Origin: Octopus bimaculoides | Taxonomy: Eukaryota | Assembly (NCBI RefSeq): GCF_001194135.2 | Contig: NC_068989.1 | Location: 70,447,888-70,505,789 of the forward strand | Direction of reading: 5' to 3' | Length of the DNA: 57,902 bases | Shown: piece after piece, positions 1 through 13,290 of the stretch | Numbering within the stretch: the stretch's first letter is position 1 | Layout of the letters: each line of letters opens with the position of its first letter | Notes under the pieces: generated by a model | What the model was told of the DNA's origin: nothing | Seen by the model: the letters and a program-made list of their open reading frames with translations, nothing else | Database searches by the model: none | Translations under genes and position numbers: made by a program

Positions 1-30
1 ATATATATATATATATACATATATATATAC

Positions 31-168
31 TCTTTTACTTGTTTCAGTAATTTGACTGCGGCCATGCTGGAGCACCGCCTTTAGTCGAATCAAATCGACC
101 CCAGGACTTATTCGTTGTAAGCCTAGTACTTATTCTATCGGTCTCTTTTTGCCGAACCGCTAAGTTAT
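31..168 (-). mobile_element. SINE family 'B/C' 3' half
   Basis: Matches copies at 3530-3740, 12420-12620, 13015-13210 and others (GACTGAAACAAGTAAAAGA tail, GGTGCTCCAGCATGGCC). Confidence 0.85.
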
Positions 169-535
169 ATAGATATATATATATGGTGGAACTCTAAGTT
201 TATAAAGCTATACCATGTAGAATATACATGTAGAATATTAAAAAAACCTAAACCATAGTTTAAAAAAACCTCTTGGCAGGGTAAAAAGGCTGGTTTCCTG
301 TGGGAGGTGAACCAACTCCATTACATGTGTGCGTGTGTATGTATATGGCATGAGAAATAAAGCAAAAATACTGTGTATATTGAATTCACATTCTTACAAG
401 TTATAACAATTTATACAATTATTTTATTTAAGAATAATTATTTCATAGTTTGTTAAGGAAAACCAGAAGAATATTTGATGTTTCTCACGCCATGAAAAAC
501 TAACAGTAGCATAAAGTAATATTGGTTTCAAATTT

Positions 536-1435
536 GGATCTTTCTGATTTGGTGGGCACCACTTGTTTTCTTAACGAAACATTTTCAAACTTGGGACACT
601 GGCAGAATGTGTCATATAAAACATCTTTTACTCTTAGTGTTATTGAGAAAATTTTATCGTTTTAAAGTTATTTCGTGTTAAAATTGTCGTATTTTGGTAA
701 TTTCAACCAATCACTGACGTCTATAGAGGTGAAAACAATTACTGCTGTGAATTGTCAACAAAACGTTGTGCAGTGTATTGGAATCTTTTCCCTTGAATAA
801 AATTAGTGTTGTTGTTTGTCAACAACAACTATCGGTGGTACTGTTATTTATGACATCGTTCGTGTGTTTGTACTGGTTTTAGCTTTAGGGTTTTAGGGTT
901 AGGGTTCGGGTTTTAGAGTTAGGGTTACGGTTAGGGTTTTAGGGTTAGGGTGTTAGGGTTAGGGTTATGAGCATTTTTGCCAAATTTGGTGAAAAATTTG
1001 TGGCAGTGTATTGTACAGATTTTCACCAAATTTGGCAAAAATATTCATAACCCTAACCCTAACTCTAAAACCCGAACCCTAAAGCTAAAACCAGTACAAA
1101 CGCACGAACGATGTCATAAATTACAGTACCACCGATAGTTGTTGTTGACAAACAACGGCACTAATTTTATTCAATGGAAAAGATCCCATTACACCGCACA
1201 ACGTTTTGTTGACAATCCATAGCAGTAATTGTTTTCACCTCAATAGACGTCAGTGATTGGTTGAAATTACCGAAATACGACAATTTTTTTACATGAAATA
1301 ACTTCGAATACCAAATTTTTTATCTGTTCTATAACACAAAATATACAAGTATACGAAGTTTGAAAGTGTTTCGGTAGAAAACACACTAAATAAAATATAA
1401 ATAAAAAAGTGGTGCCCGCCAAATCAGAAAGATCC
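536..1435. mobile_element. Fold-back non-autonomous DNA transposon (MITE-like) with internal TTAGGG/CCCTAA repeats and 8-bp target-site duplication
   Basis: Terminal inverted repeats 536-563 and 1408-1435 match at 27/28. Inner arms (about 690-995 and 1020-1290) are near-perfect inverted copies. Flanks TCAAATTT (528-535) and TCAAACTT (1436-1443). It interrupts a SINE tail. Confidence 0.88.
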
Positions 1436-1612
1436 TCAAACTTTAGCACAAGGCCAGCAATTTTGTGTGCGGGGCTAAGTCGATTACAATGACCCCAGTG
1501 CTCGGCTGGTACTTAATCGACTCCAAAAGGATGAAAGGCAAAGTCGACCTCGGCGGTATTTGAACTCATAACGCAATGACGGGCGAAATGCCGCCTAGCA
1601 ATTTGTCCGCTC
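1436..1612 (-). mobile_element. tRNA-derived SINE (family 'A'), split by the fold-back element; the rest of its tail is at about 515-535
   Basis: Reverse complement of the family seen at 10975-11190, 45370-47480 and 51725-51920 (B-box GAGTTCAAAT, then GTCGACTTTGCCTTTCATCC). Confidence 0.85.
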
Positions 1613-1823
1613 GATGCTTAACATTAATATTGACAACATTTTTACAGTAATATGATAATTAAGTTACACATAAAATGAAACCAGAAATACATATACCGAA
1701 ATAAACGATAAATCGTTTCCAACATGTCCGCGGATTCAGGAATAAGAAAAAAAAGTATTGACAGATCTAGCGATATATCTATATCTATTATTAGCTCCTA
1801 GACAACAGGCGCAAACAATAAAA

Positions 1824-2022
1824 ATGGCGATATCGTACTACTTGTTTGTCATTTTACAACTTTTAAGTATCTTTTCTGTTCTGTCTGAATATTCTATTAA
1901 ACTCGAAATGAGAGACGACTGCAACCAAAAGAAAGATACTCACGACCAATATTTTGATATAACTCATCTTAAATGTCGTTTCTGTTCCCAAAATAAGACT
2001 ATACAATCAGTTTCTAATGATG
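1824..2022 (+). CDS. TMEM67: TMEM67 exon 1 (MAISYYLFVILQLLSIFSVLS...QYFDITHLKCRFC...SND/G); GC donor
   Basis: Hydrophobic signal peptide, then QYFDI..L.C..C as in meckelin. Ends phase 1 at ATG|GCAAGT. Confidence 0.9.
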
Positions 2023-4425
2023 GCAAGTTTATTATTTTTGATTTTGTTTTTGTTTTCACTTTTTAAAGAAAATAATTGATGCATTTTTGACTGAACAACC
2101 CCAATTTCTATCGAACGTGTTGTAAATAGGTATTTATAGAGATGAAATTTAAAGTCGGTCTTAACTCAGTTTGAACTCAGAACAGTCATGTGTAGAAAGT
2201 TTGTTGTCTTAACTTTTATTTCAGATTTGAGTTTAATTAAAATATTTAATATTTCATGACCTCACTTTCAAAAACCGCCTGCGTCTCGCCAAAGTTTTCT
2301 ATTTAGAAAAAAAAAAAATTAAATAACATTTAGTCTTTTGTTTCGCTGTTATGTCTTGTAAATATTTTTCAATCAGAATTTACGTGACTNNNNNNNNNNN
2401 NNNNNNNNNNNNNNNNNNNNNNNNNNNNNNNNNNNNNNNNNNNNNNNNNNNNNNNNNNNNNNNNNNNNNNNNNNNNNNNNNNNNNNNNNNNNNNNNNNNN
2501 NNNNNNNNNNNNNNNNNNNNNNNNNNNNNNNNNNNNNNNNNNNNNNNNNNNNNNNNNNNNNNNNNNNNNNNNNNNNNNNNNNNNNNNNNNNNNNNNNNNN
2601 NNNNNNNNNNNNNNNNNNNNNNNNNNNNNNNNNNNNNNNNTATATATATGTGAGAGAGAGAGGGTAGTCGCCATACTTCGTTCCATATATGATACCTCTG
2701 ATGAGCACACGGTTACATAATTGGATTGTTAACTAACACTCCTTTGAATCCCTAGCAAGAAATTGATTTGTAAGATTGGCTGTGATGTTTGTATAATACT
2801 GTACACTTCGGATGATATATTTTTCTATATATATTTTAGCAATATGCTGTGCTTGAGAAGAAGACCTATCAAGCCAACTGACAGATACTGGTGCCATGAA
2901 ACTAGCACCCATCCTGGTGGCATGTAAAAGCACCCATTACACTCTTGGAACGGTTGGCATTAGGAAGGGCATCCAGCCATAGAAACAATACCAAATCAGA
3001 TTGGAGTCTAGTGTAGTCCTTCAGCTTACCAGCTCTGGTCAAACCATCCAACCCATGCTGGTGTTTTAATTTCATGTTGCTATTAGAGCTGGTTGCAAAA
3101 ATTATGTTACTATTCACCATCACTTTCATAATCATTTATCGTCCATTTTCCGTACTGGCATGGGTTGAATGGTTTGACAGGAGCAGCACCAGGTTTCATT
3201 GTCTGTTTTGGGTTGGTAACTATGACTGGATGTTCTTCTTAACACCAACCACTTTACAGAGTTTTCTGGGTGCTTTTTACATAGCACCAGCACTAATGCT
3301 TTCTATGTGGAACCAACATGAGTGCTTTTTATGTGGCACCAGTACCTGTACCCATTCTGCTGTGGTAGACAGATTTTGAGTACAGCAAGGTGCCAGATAT
3401 CTCAGTCCTTAGTCATCTCCACACACAAACGCCCCCCCCCCCACTCACTCACTCACTCACTCACTCACCAAAGCCTTGTGGGTGGAAACTGAAAGAAGCC
3501 CGTCATGTATATATGTATATATTTGTGTCTGTGTTGTCCCCCCCCACAATTACTTGACAATTGATGTTGCTGTGTTTGCATCCCCGTAACTTAGTGGTTC
3601 AGCAAAAGAGACCGATTGAATAAGTACTAGGCTTACAAAGAGTAAGTCCTGGGTTCAATTTGTTCAACTAAATCCCTTAAAGGCAGTGCTCCAGTATGGC
3701 TGCAGTCAAATGACCGAAATGAGTAAAAGAATAAAAGAATACACACACTATTTTTTGTCTATCAAATTCACTCATAAGGCATTGATGGCCTGAAGCTATG
3801 GCAGAGGAAATTTGTCTAAGGTACCATACAGTGGGATTGAACCTGAACCCATATACTTACAAAGTGAAGCTGGTGTTTCACACACCTGCTTAATAATGAC
3901 AGTTATTTTACTAAATTCATTATTTTCAAAATTAACTGAAACAGAGTCAGTGTATTTCAACAGAAATATGGTAACAAAAAGGGTTATTTACTTCAAATTA
4001 ATTCTTTTCTTTCTTTGTTTCTTTGGAAGTTGTGAAGTATTTTTCACTATGGTCTAAAGTTTGTAAACATTTTTTAAAATTTGTAGGTTTATTTTGTGTA
4101 TGCAATCCAGGATACAGATATAGCAAAAACATGGCACCCCGAGCAGTAAAATGCGTAAAATGTGGAGCAAACCAGGTAAGTTTGAATGAATTGCAACTGG
4201 CGAAATCCTTATTACCTTAGTGTTTAAAGGACTATAAACTCTTTTTATTACAATGTTTCACAGTCTTTTTGTTTCAGGTGTGGGTGAAGAAGCTTGCTTT
4301 CCAATCACATGATTCCAAGTTTAGTTCCACTGCATGGCTACCTTGAGCAGGGGTCTTTTACTATAGCCTTGGGCCAACCGAAGCCTTGTGAGTGGTTTGA
4401 TAGAGGGAAACTGAAAGAACCTGTT

Positions 4426-4478
<53 letters not shown>

Positions 4479-6455
4479 CATACATGCATATATATATATA
4501 ATCAAAATAAGTAACAAGGATATTCAAGGTTACTGCAGTACAATCGTTTCATGCGACTCCATTTATTTAAGCAATGCAACCATTACATTAAATGTAAAAT
4601 GCAGAGCAATCTTCAGCTGCACAAAGATACAGAAAATTTACTGAAATTTCATTTCAGTTGACGGACATATTACTGTTGTAACTACATTTAAACAATCCAA
4701 GTGGGAAGGAAGAATATAAAAAACCATTTTGTCTTAGCCAAAGCAAACAGGCTAGTAATTAATTCTAAGCAGAATTTTAACTGTCACTGATTTTATTTGT
4801 TTTTTGTTTAGTGATTTAAAGCTTAAGAGGGCACTAGCCTTTTTCTTATAAGGAAAGGGAAGGAGTAAACAATATACATGGATATGGTTATAAAGATTCC
4901 TTTGGTCTTAGTGATAACACTATTATAGGTTGGGTTTTTTTTTCTACTATCAGACCAGTTTATAATATAGCAGGGGAAGTTTTAACCTAAAGCATCTAGG
5001 TCAACAGGACTTTTCATTAATCAGAATAATGTATCAGTATTGTTTTACATATACTAAGTATGGAAACTTTGAGCTACCAAGATTAGCTTAATTATTATGT
5101 TAAGAATAGTAATGTAATTAGTCAATACATTTAGTATGCAAAAAACCATGAAGTAGTGTTAATTTAAAAGCTTTGGTAAAGTCTATCATCATAAAGAACC
5201 ATAGATAAGATGTGAAGTTAAAATTTTTTTTATATATATTGGACTAAAAGCTATTTTAAATTATTTTAAAATTAAAACTAATATATCTTATATTATTTGA
5301 AAGGAACATGAGAGATAAAATCTATTTTATACCTACCATCTTCAGTTAAACTGTCCAGCCTATGCCATCATAGAAAGCAGACGTTAAACGATGATGATGA
5401 TGATGATATATATGATGTTGGATGCAATATATATTGACCGTCTGGTAAGACTTAATCTTTTTCTTGTATTCTTTACAGGTCACTTCAGAAGATGGTTGGA
5501 GTTGTGTCTACTGTCACAACAATACTTTGTCAAGCAGCAATGAATGTACATCGTGTATAGGCAAGAATATAACAGGTAAAAAAATACTTTATTCTTATTA
5601 ACTACTTTATTCTCATACATTATGATTTAGAGAACACTTAGTGACTGCTTATCTGAAATCTCTGTTTCAATTGCTATCAACAGCTTAGTGATAACTTTAT
5701 TTGCCATCACTGTATTTTATTGGGGAGAAATAACAAACCAAGAAGACAGCTGTTACTAATTGTTGATTGTTTTTCTACTGAACTTTCAGTGTCATCTTTG
5801 TTTTAACCCTTTAGCATTCAGATCACTTTGTCAAATGTAATGCTTATTCATTCACATTGTTTTGAATTAATCATGCATTATCTTGTAATTTTGACATTTC
5901 TGTGGTGTGATTGTTTATTTTTAAAATGACATTGTAGGGTAGGTGTGAGAGGCCAGATTTAGCTACTTTGAACATAAAACAAGTAAAATATTCAGGCCAG
6001 TTATGGCTGGTTTAAATGCTAAGGGGTTAAAGGAAAAAATAACCAGTTGTAAATAGAATAGGTTAAAAGTCACTTTGTTTGAAGGGTTTTAGTCAACAGG
6101 GTGATTCAAAAGCCCCTTTAGGGTATGTGTGTGTGTGTGTGTGTGTGTGCGTTGCTTCCCAACCACATGGTCCCGGTTCCGGGTTCAGTCCCACTGTGTG
6201 GTACCTTGTGCAAGTGTCTTCAACTATAGCTTCAGGCCAACCAAAGCCTTGTGAGTGGATTTGGTAGATGGAAACTGAAAGAAGCCAGTTGTATACATAT
6301 CATCATTTAACGTCCGTTTTCCATGCTGGTATGGGTTGGATGGTTTGACTGGGGACTGGCAAGCCAGGAGGCTTCACCAGGCTCCAATCTGATCTGCTAA
6401 TGTTTCTACAGCTGGATGCCCTTCCTAATGCCAACCACTCCGACTGTGTAGTATA

Positions 6456-6494
<39 letters not shown>

Positions 6495-9400
6495 TTTAGA
6501 TTTGACACTAATAATAAAATAGTAATGATAATATCTTTACAAGTATTCATTTGAATATTTACTAATTTTTATATATATACTAGCAGTAATATCCGTTGTT
6601 GATCGGGTAATTACTTTTACTGTTTTTTGAGGGCCACGTTCAAAATATTGTCATATATATATAATTTATTCCTCCTGTACGTGTGTATTTTATAAGAGAA
6701 AAACATGTAATAATTGAAGTAGAAAAAAGATCGATTTCATTTTTGAATGTAATGATAGTAATAACAAATTAAGTTATTGAAGTATTCATGTTTGCATTAA
6801 GAGTGAATATTTCTTTATAAACAATGTTTTTTTGTTTTATTTCGGGGTGCATAAGCAAAAATATGCTCCTACATAAAGTCGGCCATATGAAAAGCATGGT
6901 TCTTCAAGTTGCAATCCAGCAACTTTTAGTATTTGGCCCTGAGTGTTATTAATGCTCATGGCAAAAGAAAGTGGGATAGGAAACTGTAACTGTTTAAATT
7001 GAAATGGGACATTAGATAGTATAACTGGTATGTGAGGAATGAAGATGGTGTCACCTTTACCACAGTTGGTGAGAATATTTGCTTCAATGCAGTTCCTCTT
7101 AAGTTTGTGCATGATTAGTTTTGTACCATTGCATAATTTTTGTTGAAACAAATTAGGCAATAATATAATAGCTTCCCCACAACCAGGTACTTTCATTTCA
7201 CTAGAGAAAGAAAGAGACAGAATTTTGATTTTATATATATAGAATATATATAGAAAAAAGCATAAAAGCTTCCCCTGAACCATTTACTTTCATTTTGCTG
7301 GACAAACAAACAGACTGACAGAATCTCTCTTTTATATATATATATATATNNNNNNNNNNNNNNNNNNNNNNNNNNNNNNNNNNNNNNNNNNNNNNNNNNN
7401 NNNNNNNNNNNNNNNNNNNNNNNNNNNNNNNNNNNNNNNNNNNNNNNNNNNNNNNNNNNNNNNNNNNNNNNNNNNNNNNNNNNNNNNNNNNNNNNNNNNN
7501 NNNNNNNNNNNNNNNNNNNNNNNNNNNNNNNNNNNNNNNNNNNNNNNNNNNNNNNNNNNNNNNNNNNNNNNNNNNNNNNNNNNNNNNNNNNNNNNNNNNN
7601 NNNNNNNNNNNNNNNNNNNNNNNNNNNNNNNNNNNNNNNNNNNNNNNNNNNNNNNNNNNNNNNNNNNNNNNNNNNNNNNNNNNNNNNNNNNNNNNNNNNN
7701 NNNNNNNNNNNNNNNNNNNNNNNNNNNNNNNNNNNNNNNNNNNNNNNNNNNNNNNNNNNNNNNNNNNNNNNNNNNNNNNNNNNNNNNNNNNNNNNNNNNN
7801 ACTGCTCCTAATTCTGTGATATAAAGTGCTTACTTTAAAGTGATCTAAATTAAAACATTCCATCAAAATTTCCTATTAAATTATATATGAAGAGGTGCTG
7901 AAAAGTTCCTGGCTTTGTGTAAAAGAAAATACATGAGGATCAGTTAATTATGAATTTCTTCAACATATTCTCCTCTCTGATTCATACACTTATTGCAGCA
8001 GTCCTTCAGTTTTTCTAAGCCCTGAAAAAGAACTCGGAAGGTTGGGCCTCCATCCAGGTCTCTTGCAATACCCTTAAAGCTAGGAACTTTTCAGCACCCC
8101 CTTGTTGTCCTAGTACCTGTTTAGTAATGACAAAGTTAATTTTACTAAATTCTTTGTTATTTCCAAAACAGTGTATTTTGACAGAAATGTGGTAACAAAA
8201 GTTATTACCCAATTAAAGAAAATGTATTATTCACTTCACTCATCAGGCATGTAACTTAGTGCTTAGGGTATTTGGCTTGTGATTGTAAGGTCTTAAGTTC
8301 GATTCCCAGCAGCACATTGTATTCTTGAGCAAGACACTTTATTTCATGTTGCTCCAGTCCACTCAGCTGGCAAAAATGAGTTGCATCTGCAATTCACAGA
8401 GCCAGCTTTGTCAGATTCTGTATCATGCTGAATTTCCATGAGAATTATGTTAAGAGTACGCACATATGTGGAGTATTCAACCACTTGCACATTAGTTTCA
8501 TGAGCAGGCTGTTCTGTTGATCAATTCAAGTGGAACACTTGCTATCATTAACCAACAGAAATCCAGGACATCATTCTTATTCATTTCACATGGCTGCAGT
8601 GCATGCGTTTGACTTAATTTATAAATAAATTAACTTTTTTTTTATTAGCTTGCTAATTACATTGTCTTTGTCTTTCTGAGATACAGTGGAGAGAAAATTG
8701 GATGGGGAATGGAATAAAAATTCCCTGGATCAGGCTGTCCGAAACTGTGTCCCATGTAAAGGAAGTACCATACCCAATGACGAAAAAAACAGGCATGTAT
8801 TCAAAATACTTCATTAATTTTCACAGTATAATTGATAAATTAATGTGTTTTGTTGACATAACCCTTCAACATTCAGATTAAACCCGGTTTCACCCGGTCT
8901 GTTTAGATGATGTGGCTCTGACTGTTTTCCGTTAGGCATAATCTATAACAGCATTTCTCGACCTGATCATTTTGTGTCCAATTTCGATTGGAGCCTCCAG
9001 CTGTATGAAGATTTCACCCCCTCCTGTCAGAAAATGGCTTCAGGAGTTGTGAAGAAAGAATTTGTACGTAGTCTGTTTGTGAGAGCTATTCTATTGGACG
9101 TCTGTCTAATCATTAAAAGATTTATTTAATTATGAACATAGAAAGAAATTATACATTAATCACAATTTTTGTAAGCAGTTTTATCCGTAAAAATTTTATT
9201 TGCAGAGAGCAGAAATTGAAAGATATATGAAATGGACGTGCGCGTGTGTGTATGTGAGAGAGAAAGAGGGTAAGAAAGAGAGATACAGTGAGTGAGTGAA
9301 TTTGTGTGTCATTGACTTGAAAAACAATTTATATTATAGAAATTGATACATACCTGTTGAAGATTAAAATGTATGTAAGAGCTATTGTTTTGGACGCATG

Positions 9401-12400
9401 TATAATCATAGAGAAACTGAAAGATATGAAATGTCTGTTTATGTGTGTATGTGTGTGTATTTTTAGCGGGATTTTTGCATTTAGCAGGAGTTGGTTTGTG
9501 TTTTATCCCTCGATCAATGGCCAGACAAGTGAAAAGGAAAGGCGACCTTTTGAAGTGGGCGTCAAATGAAGAGACATGGACACTATTATGACTAAACTTC
9601 TTTTGAAGTTGTGGTGAGAGGAGAGAATTGATGAGCGTGCGTAGGTCTGTCTGTATGTGAGTGTGTTTGTTTGATGGGGTGTGCGCGACAGAGAGTAATG
9701 TTGATGGTGAATGTGTATATGAGAGAGAGAGAGAGAGATAACTGAAATTTATCATTCAGTTTATTTATTTATTAATATGTATATATGTATGAATGGCTTC
9801 AGTGACATACTGACATGCATGCATGCAGTTTGTTTTAATCGATTTTCTCTGTAAATATGGGGACTAGGAAAAAAATAGAAAGCGCGTTCCAATCTATGCA
9901 CCTGTCTCCATATGTGTGCCATTTGTCACGTGAATCCACTCAGCTGTTTGGCCGTGAACCTCAAGACAAGAAAGAATACAATAAGAAAGATATGTATGTA
10001 TGTATTTTTAAGAAGACACTTGGTCAAGGTGCCATTCTGTGGGACTGAAACCATAACTAACTGGTTAAGAAGCAAGCTTCTTAATCACACAACTTCCTTA
10101 TAAATAGTCAGTTAAACTGAAGTGGATACTTGCAAATACCTGGTAATTATGGAATCATGTATGTCTTGTTAAAATAGAAATATCAAATTCTAAAACAGAT
10201 TAAAAACTTTGATTTAAACATGAAATAAAAATGGCTTTGCTTATCTTTTAGGTGTGTCCGGTGTACACAGGTCCTGTCAGTATTACCAAATTATACAAAC
10301 TGTACTTGTCCACGTTCAAATAAGGTAATGTATGACAAGCATTTTCACTGATTTTTGTTTTCTTAAATTCATCATCATTATTGCTTTAACATCCATCATT
10401 ATGCTTGCATGGATTGGATGGAAGTTGTTCAGATAGATCTTTTTAATGGCTGGATGCTGTTCCTGTCACCAACCCTCATCTCTGTTTCCAAGCAAGGTAG
10501 GAAATACTTTCATGGATGGTTGGGAACAAAGGACACTGCTTGCATGACACTGATACTTGCTTGCAACTATCATGTGATGTCAAGGCAAGGAGGCAGTAAC
10601 ACACACACACACATACATTCATATATGTATACATGCATACACATACATACATACATGCAATTTGAAGGCACATGGCTCAATGATTAGAGCATTGGGCTCA
10701 CAATCACGAGGTAGCGCATTCGACTCCTGGACTGGACTGTGTGTTGTGCTCTTGAGCAAGACACTTTATTTCACATTGCTCCAATTCACTCAGCTGTAGA
10801 AGGGAGTTGCGACATCACCGGTGCCAATCTGTATCAGCCTTTGCCTTTCCCTTGGATAACATCAATGGTGTGGAGAGGGGAGGTATGCATGGATTGCTGG
10901 TTTGCAAGTGTAACTGCTGACCAAAAGGGGTCTTTACCCTTTACCCTCTCTATATATTTTAAATATTTAGCTGAAGAAGGGCAGTGAGTTGGCAGAATCT
11001 TTAGCATGCTGGGCAAAATGCTTACTGGCATTTCATCCCTCTTTGCATTCTGGGTTCAAATTCTGCCGAGGTCATTTTTGCTTTTCATCTTTTCGGGTCA
11101 ATAAAATAAGTACTAGTTGAGCACTGAGATTCATGTAATCAGCTTATCCAATTCCTCTAAACTTACTGGCCTTGTGCCAAAATTTGAAACTAATATTCTA
11201 CTGATGTTTTGTTTTTTTCTTCAGGTTGGAGATTTTTGTTTCCAAAAAAAAAGTGATATCATAGCAAGGCCATCTTACTACATACGATTAAGTGTAAGAG
11301 ATATCTTCATTTATTTATTGAATTAATTATTTATTTCATTTTAATTCCTCCAATTAACAGCATCTAGTTTTGCAATAAAGAAGTAAGAGAGAATAAAAAA
11401 GAAGAAAAACAGGCCCAATAGAGAGAGAAAGAGGAAAAAGGCCCAAAAGAAAGAGTAAAAATAAATTCAAATTTTCCATTCCACACAGCAATTTATAAAT
11501 ATTCCATAAGCTCTCTTCTTGATATCTTTTTAACTTCAGGATTGTCTCTTGCATGTGCTAAAATAATTTAGCTAATATTAATCAATGGTTAATATTCTTT
11601 TTTTCTTTACCACATAATTATTACTTGTTAGATTTTATTTTAATACTCTATTTGTATTATAAATACATAAATACTAACTGAATTATTTTTTTTTGTGCAG
11701 TTGACATCTTTGAGTTATTTATTCTTTAAACATTTCCTTGTCAATCAGTAAATCCTATACATTTACTTAGTGGTTCTCCCATCACTGCTTCAGTAAACAG
11801 GTGAAGTCTATACTTTACTGATGAGGTCATAATAAGACTGAAGGTTTTTTTAGAGTTGCATCCCATACTGGCTGAAATAAACATATTATTACTCAGTGGC
11901 AGTCTCTGTATCCTGTTTAACATGGGTGTATTATAAGAGTGCCATAATACTACAGAATTTGTCCTGAGAAAATCTCTTGTGTAGACTCTACTGTATATAA
12001 GCACCTATCCCTCTGTTTGCTTCTCTCTCTCTCTTTGGCTAAGTAAGACTTGATTTTAAGCCATTGGGTGTCAGCCCAATCATGAATTTAGTTTAATGGT
12101 AGTATATATATAAGTTTCATTTGATGGAAAAAACATAGAAAATATATATGGAGTTGGAGACTTAATCATGAAGAACCGATTTAATTTTTCTATCCTGTTA
12201 ATGAGCTAAACTTGATTATTTCTGCTAATCAATAGTGAAATTAATGTATTCTCAAAAACATTTAATTATTATTGTTCAATATCAATTTAATTAGAGACTG
12301 TCTTTACATTTACCAATTTTTTATTTTTCTTCCAGAGTGATGATTTGGTGGAATCCCATCTTCTTAGACAGAACCTCATCATTTCATACGGAATGTGTCA

Positions 12401-13222
12401 TGTTTGTATATATATTCCTTTATTCTTTTACTTGTTTCACTCATTTTAACTGTGGCCATGCTGGAGCACCACCTTGAAGGTTTTTTTTAGCCGAATGAAT
12501 CGCTCCACCCACCAGTACTTATTTCCTTTTAAAGTCTGGTACTTGTTCTATCAGTCTTCTTTTGCCAAACTGCTAAATTATGGGGACATAAACACAGCAA
12601 CACCTGTTGTCAAGTGGTGATGGAGGAACAAACACAGACACAAAGACACACACACACGACACGATGGGCTTCTTTCAGTTTCCATCTTCCAAATCCACTC
12701 ACAAGGCTTTGATTGGCCTGAGGCTATTGTAGAAGGCACTTACCCCAAGTGTCACACAGTGGGACTGAACCTGGAACCATGTGGTTGGGAAGCAAGCTTC
12801 TTACCACACAGCCACACCTGTGCCTATATATATATATTTTTATTTTTACATTTTAAAAAGTAATGGTGCACATGAAGTTAAAGAAAAAAAATTTTCTTGT
12901 GACATTTGTAGATGTTAATATTGTAGTATCATTATTTTGTTATTGTGGTGTTGTATGCATTTTGCCTGACAATGTCATGTGATCTAACTCCATGATCACA
13001 TGATTAAGTCTTCTATTCTTTTATTTGTTTCAGTCATTTGACTGCTGTCATGCTGGAGCACCATCTTCAGTTGAACAAATTGATCTCAGGACTTATTCTT
13101 AGTATGCCTAGTACTTATTCTATCGGTCTCTTTTACTGAACCACTAAGTTACGGGTACGTAAAAACACCAACATCGGTTGTCAAGCAATAGCGGGGGAAC
13201 AAACAGACACACAAACACATAC

Positions 13223-13290
<68 letters not shown>

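Noticed and set aside
885-1081. True chromosome-fusion site or telomere
   Set aside because: The repeats are short and degenerate and sit inside a TIR- and TSD-bounded element, so they are better explained as part of the transposon.
1620-1830. RFX X-box expected for a ciliary gene; near-palindrome AAACGATAAATCGTTT at 1703-1718
   Set aside because: No convincing GTTNCCATGGNAAC-like site was found. The palindrome is DRE-like but too short to support a call.
1758-2066. 102-aa ORF starting at TTG 1758 as a stand-alone gene or N-terminal extension
   Set aside because: The real start is ATG 1824 with a signal peptide. The tail after 2022 is intronic read-through.
10670-10745. tRNA genes at SINE heads
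   Set aside because: A and B boxes are present, but I see no complete cloverleaf, and each is continuous with a SINE body.
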